This document shows, in pieces, positions 56,100 through 64,000 of a stretch of 64,000 bases of DNA. This DNA comes from Oscillospiraceae bacterium. GTDB taxonomy: Bacteria > Bacillota > Clostridia > Oscillospirales > Oscillospiraceae. Location: NCBI GenBank assembly GCA_015067525.1, contig SVMH01000001.1, positions 16,959-80,958 of the forward strand, in the 5' to 3' direction. Below the pieces are notes generated by a model. The model ran no database searches. It saw only the letters and a list, made by a program, of their open reading frames with translations, and was not told the DNA's origin. The translations under genes and the position numbers were made by a program. The first letter of the stretch is position 1. Each line of letters begins with the position of its first letter.

Positions 56100-56732
56100 T
56101 TACAGGCTCTGCCAGCTCTCGTCGGAGGGATTCTTCTGGAAGGCTTCCAGTTTGACGATGTCACTTTCGGCGATGTAGCCGGTCTCGGCGGCCATGGCGA
56201 TGAGGGCGTTGTAGTTGGAAAGGGAGGTGTTTTCCACTTCGGCTGCGGCCAGACGGTCGATGCCCTTCTGCAGGCCATAGGTGAAGATGGACACGATGCC
56301 CAGCACCTCGGCGCCGTACTCGCGCAGCACGTTCACCACGTCGATGGCGCTGCCGCCGGTGGAGATGAGGTCCTCGATGACGACGACCTTGGCGCCCTTT
56401 TCGATGCGGCCTTCGATCTTATTGTTGCGGCCGTGATCCTTGGCGCTGGCGCGGACGTAGGCCATGGGCAGGTCCAGGATGTTGGCCACCAGTGCGCCGT
56501 GGGCGATACCGGCGGTGGACGTGCCGGCGATGACCTCGCACTCAGGATACTTGGCCTTCACGATGTCGGCCAGGCCCTGCTCGATCACGTCGCGGACGCG
56601 GGGATAGGACAGGGTCAGGCGGTTATCGCAGTAGATGGGGGACTTGATGCCGCTGGCCCAGGTGAAGGGGTCATTGGGACGCAGGAACACGGCCTGAATG
56701 TCCATCAGGAGCTTTGCAACTTTCTTTTCCAT
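56100..56732 (-). CDS. pyrE: Orotate phosphoribosyltransferase
   Basis: [16 protein letters not shown] and [12 protein letters not shown]. Confidence 0.96.
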   Translation of the reverse strand: MEKKVAKLLMDIQAVFLRPNDPFTWASGIKSPIYCDNRLTLSYPRVRDVIEQGLADIVKAKYPECEVIAGTSTAGIAHGALVANILDLPMAYVRASAKDHGRNNKIEGRIEKGAKVVVIEDLISTGGSAIDVVNVLREYGAEVLGIVSIFTYGLQKGIDRLAAAEVENTSLSNYNALIAMAAETGYIAESDIVKLEAFQKNPSDESWQSL

Positions 56733-56753
56733 ATCGGTTCTCCTCTCAAATTC

Positions 56754-57440
56754 TCAGCCCAGGAAGTCTTTGCAGACGCGGCGGTAAGCGGCCACCACAT
56801 CGGCGGCCTGGGTGATAGGACGGCCCACCACGATGAACTCGGTGCCCGTTTCCCGGGCCAGAGCGGGGGTCATGATGCGCTTCTGGTCACCCACATCGCC
56901 GTCGGCGAAGCGGATGCCGGGGGTGACGGTGATGAAGTCGCGGCCGCAGGCCTCCTTCACCAGAGCGGCCTCCAGAGGAGAGCACACCACGCCGTTGAGG
57001 CCGGCTTCCTTGGTGTTGCGGGCATAGTGAGCCACGGTATCGGCAATGGGGGCGCCAATGAGGAGCTCACGCTGCATGCGCTCCTCGGTGGTGGAGGTCA
57101 GCTGCGTCACGGCGATGAGCAGGGCGTCGTCGCCCAGGCCCTCGCGGGCAGCGCGCATCATGTCGATGGTACCAGCGGCATGGACGTTGGTCATGTCAAC
57201 GCCCAGACGGGCCAGATTCTGCATGGCCTTCTTCACGGTGTTGGGGATGTCGTGGAGCTTGAGATCCAGGAAGATCTTGTGGCCGCGGTCCTTGATGGCG
57301 CGGACAACATCGGGGCCTTCGCCGTAGAACAGCTCCATGCCGATCTTCACAAAGGGCTTTTCTTCCTGGAATTTGTCCAGAAAAGCAAGGGTATCTGCCT
57401 TGTCTTTAAAGTCACAGGCGATGATCACATCTCGATTCAT
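56754..57440 (-). CDS. pyrF: Orotidine-5'-phosphate decarboxylase
   Basis: [18 protein letters not shown] and VVGRPI. Confidence 0.96.
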   Translation of the reverse strand: MNRDVIIACDFKDKADTLAFLDKFQEEKPFVKIGMELFYGEGPDVVRAIKDRGHKIFLDLKLHDIPNTVKKAMQNLARLGVDMTNVHAAGTIDMMRAAREGLGDDALLIAVTQLTSTTEERMQRELLIGAPIADTVAHYARNTKEAGLNGVVCSPLEAALVKEACGRDFITVTPGIRFADGDVGDQKRIMTPALARETGTEFIVVGRPITQAADVVAAYRRVCKDFLG

Positions 57441-58354
57441 AGGGTGAGACTCCTTCCGATGATATCTTTGAGGTTGGCAATGCCGTACTCGTCCAGCTTG
57501 CCGGGCAATTCGGCGATGATCTTGGGGCAGGCAAAGGGATCCACCAGATTCTGTGCGCCCACCTGCACGGCGCTGGCGCCGGCAGACATAAACTCGATCA
57601 CGTCGTCGGCGCAGGAGATGCCGCCCACGCCGATGATGGGGATGTTGACGGCCTGGGCCGCCTGATAGACCATCCGCAGGGCCACCGGCTTGATGGCGGG
57701 GCCGGAGAAGCCGGACATCTTGGTGGACACGATGGGGCGGCCGGTGCGGGGATCGATGACCATGCCCAGCAGCGTATTGATGAGGGTGATGCCGTCGGCG
57801 CCGCCGGCCTCACAGGCACGGGCGATGGCGGCAATATCGGTGACATTGGGGGAGAGCTTCATGTAGACAGGCTTATGGGTCACGGCCTTGACGGCGGCGG
57901 TGACTTCCTGTGCCGCACCGGGATCTGTGCCGAAGGCCATGCCGCCGTGGCGGACGTTGGGGCAGCTGATGTTGATCTCCAGAATGTCGATCTCGTCGGC
58001 GCGGTCGAACTTTTCGGCCACCATCACATACTCTTCTACGCTGAAGCCGGAGATATTGGCCAGCAGCACACCATTGTAGAGCTTGCGCACGGCGGGCAGC
58101 TCATGGGCGATGACGGCGTCCACGCCCGGATTCTGCAGACCCACGGCGTTGAGGAGGCCTTCGCGGCACTCGGCGATGCGGGGGGTGGGGTTACCGAACC
58201 GCTCGGCGCCGGTGGTGCCCTTGAGGCTGATGCCGCCGAGAACGTTGAGATCGTAGAACTGGGCCATCTCCTGACCGAAGCCGAAGGTGCCGCTGGCGGG
58301 GATGACGGGGTTTTGGAGGGTGATGCCGCTCAGGGAAGTTTCCAGACGCTTCAT
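57437..58354 (-). CDS. pyrD: Dihydroorotate dehydrogenase B catalytic subunit
   Basis: [22 protein letters not shown] and KLSPNV. Confidence 0.96.
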   Translation of the reverse strand: MKRLETSLSGITLQNPVIPASGTFGFGQEMAQFYDLNVLGGISLKGTTGAERFGNPTPRIAECREGLLNAVGLQNPGVDAVIAHELPAVRKLYNGVLLANISGFSVEEYVMVAEKFDRADEIDILEINISCPNVRHGGMAFGTDPGAAQEVTAAVKAVTHKPVYMKLSPNVTDIAAIARACEAGGADGITLINTLLGMVIDPRTGRPIVSTKMSGFSGPAIKPVALRMVYQAAQAVNIPIIGVGGISCADDVIEFMSAGASAVQVGAQNLVDPFACPKIIAELPGKLDEYGIANLKDIIGRSLTL

Positions 58355-59085
58355 TCGAACGTCACCTCCTCGGTGGGGAATACGGGGCCGTCCTTACAGA
58401 CCCGCTTGGTACCCACCAGCGTATGGCAGGTGCAGCCCATGCAGGCGCCGAAGCCGCAGCCCATGCGCTCTTCAAAGCTCAGCTGGCCGGGGATGCCGGT
58501 GCGGTGCAGGGCGCGGAGCATGGGCGTGGGACCGCAGGCCAGGAAATAGTCGCAGCCGCTCTCGCGCAGGGCGTCGGTGACGAAGCCTTTGCGGCCCAGC
58601 GTGCCGTCGTCGGTGGTGACCAACACGGGGATACCCAGCGCTTCAAACTTTTCCATGTAGAAAGATACATCTTTCGTGGCAAAACCGAGGATGGCGGTGA
58701 CATCCGCGCCCATTCTCTTCAAACGGCGGGCGGTGTCGTACATGGGGGGCACACCCACGCCGCCGCCGATGACGGCGACCTTGCGGCCGCGAGCCTGCTC
58801 CACGTCAAAGCCGTTGCCGAGGCCCACCAGCACGTCCAGCTTGTCGCCTTCAACCATGGCGGCCATCTTTTTCGTGCCCTTGCCCACCACCTTGTAGATG
58901 ATGGTGATGCTGCCCTCTTCATAGCAGCACACGCTGATGGGGCGGCGCAGGTAGAGGCCCTCGATGGCAATATTGATGAATTGGCCGGGGCGGGTCAGGG
59001 CGGAGCTGTCTCCGCCCAGGACCATTTCCCAGGTGTCTTTGGCCAACTGACGGTTGGAGAGGATCTTGTAAATACCCTGTGTCAT
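58351..59085 (-). CDS. pyrK: Dihydroorotate dehydrogenase electron transfer subunit
   Basis: LRRPIS, GGGVGVPP and MGCGFGACMGC...CKDGPVF. Confidence 0.95.
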   Translation of the reverse strand: MTQGIYKILSNRQLAKDTWEMVLGGDSSALTRPGQFINIAIEGLYLRRPISVCCYEEGSITIIYKVVGKGTKKMAAMVEGDKLDVLVGLGNGFDVEQARGRKVAVIGGGVGVPPMYDTARRLKRMGADVTAILGFATKDVSFYMEKFEALGIPVLVTTDDGTLGRKGFVTDALRESGCDYFLACGPTPMLRALHRTGIPGQLSFEERMGCGFGACMGCTCHTLVGTKRVCKDGPVFPTEEVTFE

Positions 59086-59097
59086 AGGCCCCTCCCG

Positions 59098-62000
59098 TCA
59101 CGAATCGATGGTGGAGACACCCACGGTGATCTCCTCCAGCACGTCCAGCAGCACCGCCACGGTGTCGAGGGAGGTGAAGATGGTGACGTTATTCTCCACA
59201 GCGGCGCGGCGGATCATGATGCCGTCGTTCATGGTGCCGTTGTTGTGGGACTGGGTGTTGATGACATAGGTGATGTGACCCTGCTTCAGGGCCTCCAGAA
59301 TGTCGGTGGCGCCTTCGGAGATCTTACCCATGACGCGGGTGCGGATGCCGTGTTCCTTGAGGAAGGTGGCGGTGCCGGCGGTGGCCTCGATATTGAAGCC
59401 CAGGTTGTAGAACCGGCGGATCAGAGGCAGGGCGGCCTCCTTATCCTCGTTGGCGATGGTGGCGAACACGGTGCCGTAGTTCTCCACGCGGTTGCCGGAG
59501 GCCTTCAGCGCCTTGTAGAGGGCGCGGGTGAGGGTGTTGTCGTAACCGATGGCTTCGCCGGTGGACTTCATCTCGGGGGAGAGGTAGGTGTCCACGCCGG
59601 CGATCTTGGAGAAGGAGAACACGGGCGCCTTGACGTACCAGCGCTTCTTCTCGGGGGCCACGCCGGTGCCCAGGCCCTGATCGGCAAGGCTCTGGCCCAG
59701 CGCCACGCGGGTGGCGATATTGGCCATCTTCACGCCGGTGACCTTGGAGATGAAGGGCACGGTGCGGGAGGAACGGGGGTTGACCTCGATGACGTAGACG
59801 TTTTCTTCCTTATCCACGATGAACTGGATGTTGAAGGGGCCTTCGATGCCGATGCCCACACCCAGACGGATGGAGTAGTCGATGATGGTGTCCTTCACCT
59901 TCTGGCTGACGGAGAAGGTGGGGTAGACGGAGATGGAGTCGCCGCTGTGAACGCCGGTGCGCTCCACGTGCTCCATAATGCCGGGGATATAGACGTCCTT
60001 GCCGTCGCACACGCCGTCGATCTCCAGCTCCTTGCCGGAGATGTACTTATCCACCAGCACGGGCGTCTCTTCGCTGGCCACAATGGCCTCCTTGAAGTAG
60101 AGGCGCAGCTCGCTCTCGCGGTTGACGATCTGCATGGCGCGGCCGCCCAGCACGTAGGAGGGGCGCACCAGCACGGGATAGCCGATCTTCTCAGCCACCT
60201 TCACGCCGTCTTCCACATTGGTGACGGCCTGACCCACAGGCTGGGGGATGCCCAGACCTTCCATCAGCTTTTCAAAGCTGTCGCGGTTCTCGGCCCGCTC
60301 GATGGCGGCCACGGAAGTGCCGATGATGGGCACATTCAGGCTCTCCAGACGCTCGGCCAGGTTGATGGCCGTCTGGCCGCCCAGGGTGACGATGACGCCC
60401 CAGGGCTTCTCCAGCTCGATGACGTTCATCACGTCCTCGATGGTGAGAGGCTCGAAGTACAGCTTGTCGGAGATCGTGTAGTCGGTGGAGACGGTTTCGG
60501 GGTTATTGTTGATGATGATGGCCTCGTAGCCGGCCTCCTTGATGGCCCAGATGGCATGAACGGTGGAGAAGTCGAACTCCACGCCCTGACCGATACGGAT
60601 GGGGCCGGCGCCCAGCACGATGACCTTCTTGCGCTCGGTGACGACGGACTCATTCTCCTCCTCATAGGTGGAGTAGAAGTAGGGCACATAGGCCTCAAAC
60701 TCGGCACCGCAGCTGTCGATCATCTTGTAGACGGGCATGATGCCGTTGTCGCGGCGCAGACAGAACAGCTCCTGCTCGGTCATGTTCCAAAGCTTGGCGA
60801 TATAGCGGTCGGAGATGCCCAGCTTCTTGGCCCCGCGCAGCACGGCGAGGTCGCCCACGTTGTCAGAGAGCACCTTCTCGTAGCTGACGACGTTGCGGAT
60901 CTTGTCCACAAAGAAGTAGTCGATCTTGGTGGCCGAGGAGATGATCATGGGATCCATGCCGCGGCGCAGCAGCTCTGCCATGGCATAGATGCGCTCGTCG
61001 GTGGCGTGGCGGATGGCGTCCATCAGCTCAGCCTCGGTCATGGTATCGAACTTTGCCATATGCAGGTGGATGACGCCCTGCTCCAGGCCCCGGATGGCCT
61101 TGAGGAGGCTCTCTTCCATGGTGCGGCCCACGGCCATGACTTCGCCGGTGGCCTTCATCTGGGTGGACAGGAGCTTACTGGCGCTGGAGAACTTGTCGAA
61201 GGGGAAGCGGGCCACCTTGGAAACCACATAGTCGATGGAGGGCTCAAAGGCGGCGGAGGTGGTGGCGAGCTTAATCTCATCGAGATGGAAGCCCAGAGCC
61301 ACCAGCGCGCTGACGCGGGCGATGGGATAGCCGCTGGCCTTGGAGGCAAGGGCGGAGGAGCGGGACACGCGGGGGTTGACTTCAATGACGTAGTAGTTGA
61401 AAGAGTAGGGATCCAGCGCGAACTGCACGTTGCAGCCGCCCTCGATCTTCAGGGCGGTAATGAGGCGCAGCGCTGCGTCGTGGAGCATGGCGTACTCCTT
61501 ACGGGTCAGCGTCTGGGCGGGCGCCACCACCATGGAGTCGCCGGTGTGGATGCCCACGGGGTCGATGTTCTCCATGGAGCAGATGGCGATGGCGGTGCCG
61601 TTACGGTCGCGCATGACCTCGAACTCGATCTCCTTATAGCCCTTGACGGACTTTTCCACCAGCACCTGGCTCACGGGGGACAGGCGCAGGGCGTTCTCGG
61701 CCAGATCCAGCAGCTCTTCCTCGTTGTCGGCAAAACCGCCGCCGGTACCGCCCAGGGTGAAGGCGGGACGCAGCACCACGGGATAGCCGATGTCCTCGGC
61801 GGCCTTGCGGATCTCCTCCACACTGTGGGCGATGACGGACTGGATGACAGGCTCGCCGATGGCCTCGCACAGGTCGCGGAACAGCTCACGGTCCTCGGCC
61901 TGCTCGATGGAGTCGAAGGAGGTGCCCAGCAGCTCGCAGGAGCACTCGCGCAGCACGCCCTTCTTGGCCAGCTGCATGGCCATGTTCAGACCCGTCTGGC

Positions 62001-62274
62001 CGCCCAGGGTGGGCAGCAGGGCGTCGGGACGCTCCATACGGATGATCTTGGCGATGTATTCCAGAGTCAGAGGCTCCATATACACCTTGTGGGCGATATT
62101 GGTGTCGGTCATAATGGTGGCGGGGTTGGAGTTTACCAGAATGACCTCGTAGCCCTGTTCCTTCAGGGCCAGGCACGCCTGGGTGCCGGAATAGTCGAAC
62201 TCGGCGGCCTGACCGATGACGATGGGGCCGGAGCCGATGACCAGGATCTTCTTCAAATCGGTTCTCTTAGGCAT
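59098..62274 (-). CDS. carB: Carbamoyl-phosphate synthase large subunit
   Basis: [17 protein letters not shown], duplicated ATP-grasp domains (EVNPR twice) and an MGS-like C-terminus. Confidence 0.97.
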   Translation of the reverse strand: MPKRTDLKKILVIGSGPIVIGQAAEFDYSGTQACLALKEQGYEVILVNSNPATIMTDTNIAHKVYMEPLTLEYIAKIIRMERPDALLPTLGGQTGLNMAMQLAKKGVLRECSCELLGTSFDSIEQAEDRELFRDLCEAIGEPVIQSVIAHSVEEIRKAAEDIGYPVVLRPAFTLGGTGGGFADNEEELLDLAENALRLSPVSQVLVEKSVKGYKEIEFEVMRDRNGTAIAICSMENIDPVGIHTGDSMVVAPAQTLTRKEYAMLHDAALRLITALKIEGGCNVQFALDPYSFNYYVIEVNPRVSRSSALASKASGYPIARVSALVALGFHLDEIKLATTSAAFEPSIDYVVSKVARFPFDKFSSASKLLSTQMKATGEVMAVGRTMEESLLKAIRGLEQGVIHLHMAKFDTMTEAELMDAIRHATDERIYAMAELLRRGMDPMIISSATKIDYFFVDKIRNVVSYEKVLSDNVGDLAVLRGAKKLGISDRYIAKLWNMTEQELFCLRRDNGIMPVYKMIDSCGAEFEAYVPYFYSTYEEENESVVTERKKVIVLGAGPIRIGQGVEFDFSTVHAIWAIKEAGYEAIIINNNPETVSTDYTISDKLYFEPLTIEDVMNVIELEKPWGVIVTLGGQTAINLAERLESLNVPIIGTSVAAIERAENRDSFEKLMEGLGIPQPVGQAVTNVEDGVKVAEKIGYPVLVRPSYVLGGRAMQIVNRESELRLYFKEAIVASEETPVLVDKYISGKELEIDGVCDGKDVYIPGIMEHVERTGVHSGDSISVYPTFSVSQKVKDTIIDYSIRLGVGIGIEGPFNIQFIVDKEENVYVIEVNPRSSRTVPFISKVTGVKMANIATRVALGQSLADQGLGTGVAPEKKRWYVKAPVFSFSKIAGVDTYLSPEMKSTGEAIGYDNTLTRALYKALKASGNRVENYGTVFATIANEDKEAALPLIRRFYNLGFNIEATAGTATFLKEHGIRTRVMGKISEGATDILEALKQGHITYVINTQSHNNGTMNDGIMIRRAAVENNVTIFTSLDTVAVLLDVLEEITVGVSTIDS

Positions 62275-63367
62275 TTGCCGCACCGTCCTTTCCCATAAAG
62301 TTCTTCATCATGTCCACAAATGCTTCGTAGAGGTAGCTCACGCCCCGTGCGCCGGACACGCTGCCGGGCTGGAACTGCACGGCCATCAGCATGGCGCTCT
62401 CATCGGCGATGCCCTCCACCGTGCCGTCGTTGAGATTGGTGTGGGTCACGGTGAGGCCGGTGCCTTCCAGGCTCTCGCCGCAGACGGCAAAGGCGTGGTT
62501 CTGCAGGGCGAACTCAATCTTGCCGGTTTTCTCGCTGCGCACGCCGTGGTTGCTGCCGCGGTGGGCGGCCTTCATGGCCTGCACCTTAGCGCCGCAGGCG
62601 AGGGCCATCAGCTCGCAGCCCAAGTCGATGCCGAACAGGGGCACCTTGCCCTTCAGCGCGCCGATCAGCTCCACCACGCAGGGAACGTCGTGAGGGTCGC
62701 CGGGGCCGTTGGAGATCACTACGCCGTCGGGACGCATGGCCAGCACCGCCTCGGCGGAGGTGGTGTGGGGCACGATGATCACGTTGCAGCCGCACTGATT
62801 CAGGCAGCGCACGATGCCGGTCTTGATGCCGCAGTCCACGGCCACTACGTTGTACTTGTGGTTGGGGGTACGGCTGTACCACACACGCTTGCAGCTCACA
62901 CGCTCCACCTCGTTTTTCACGGCGGGAGCGGCGGCGATGCGGCGCAGCGCCTCTTCATCGCTGACGTCGGCGTCGGTGATGATGGCGCGCATGGTGCCCT
63001 CATCGCGCAGCATACGGGTGATGGCGCGGGTATCCACGCCGGCGATGCCGGGGATGCCGTTTTCCTCCATCTCCTGTGCCAGCGTCTTGGTGTAGCGGAA
63101 GTTGGAGGGGGAGTCGTTGTACTCCTTGACGATGAAGCCGCCGATGCTCATGGTCTTGGCCTCATAGTCCTCGTCGGCCAGGCCGTAGCTGCCGATGATG
63201 GGGTAAGTCATGCAAACGATCTGATTGCAGTAGGAGGGATCGGACATGATCTCCTGATAGCCTACCACCTGGGTGTCGAACACCACTTCCTGCACCGTTT
63301 CCACGTCGGCACCGAAGCCGTGGCCGAGGAAGGCGCGTCCGTTTTCAAACACAAGTTTCTTGTTCAC
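62267..63367 (-). CDS. carA: Carbamoyl-phosphate synthase small subunit, glutaminase triad substituted
   Basis: [20 protein letters not shown] and SNGPGDP; GIDLGCE replaces GICLGHQ and QFQPG replaces QxHPE; GTG start after GGAGGAG. Confidence 0.92.
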   Translation of the reverse strand: MNKKLVFENGRAFLGHGFGADVETVQEVVFDTQVVGYQEIMSDPSYCNQIVCMTYPIIGSYGLADEDYEAKTMSIGGFIVKEYNDSPSNFRYTKTLAQEMEENGIPGIAGVDTRAITRMLRDEGTMRAIITDADVSDEEALRRIAAAPAVKNEVERVSCKRVWYSRTPNHKYNVVAVDCGIKTGIVRCLNQCGCNVIIVPHTTSAEAVLAMRPDGVVISNGPGDPHDVPCVVELIGALKGKVPLFGIDLGCELMALACGAKVQAMKAAHRGSNHGVRSEKTGKIEFALQNHAFAVCGESLEGTGLTVTHTNLNDGTVEGIADESAMLMAVQFQPGSVSGARGVSYLYEAFVDMMKNFMGKDGAANA

Positions 63368-63369
63368 CC

Positions 63370-64000
<631 letters not shown>

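Noticed and set aside
58423-62298. Long antisense ORFs over carB, glgP (3431-5854), glgD/glgA (652-3438), nfnB, the sulfatase and others
   Set aside because: Same high-GC3 shadow effect; each lies opposite a clearly identifiable gene.

Overview
A 64-kb chromosomal window (coding GC roughly 60% by eye) from a spore-forming Clostridia gut anaerobe; an Oscillospiraceae-like organism is inferred from gene content, a SASP gene and sigmaG/sigmaE-type promoters. Left to right it carries: glycogen genes glgC-D-A-P; a DEAD-box helicase; an orphan OppA-like lipoprotein; a divergent trigger-factor paralog; a Crp/Fnr regulator with nfnAB; an SSS transporter, a radical SAM protein, an HD-like protein and a SASP; a 13.4-kb cluster for a sulfated N-acetylhexosamine-like substrate (CBM9-like, nagB, galE, NahK-like kinase, nucleotidyltransferase, TauE, SsuABC-type ABC, sulfatase, anSME, ROK, nagA); a low-GC single-gene cassette bounded by inverted repeats; a GH13/GPH alpha-glucoside operon; a ~2460-aa vWA/repeat sortase-anchored adhesin; MATE, ssb and a second radical SAM gene; a Trp T-box plus trpB2; AKR, GltS-like, PlsC-like, obgE, two small spore genes and an enolase-superfamily gene; and the pyr operon. 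No rRNA, tRNA, CRISPR array, integrase or transposase was seen. The best leads are: (1) a promoterless low-GC cassette between GACAAA-N6-TTTG sites, sitting between a host promoter and a terminator (integron-like or MITE-like); (2) the sulfated-HexNAc scavenging cluster; (3) a CarA whose entire glutaminase triad is substituted; (4) a stand-alone T-box-controlled TrpB2; (5) a mosaic 16-repeat adhesin with a highly structured leader. All calls come from reading the sequence and recalling motifs; no database searches were run.
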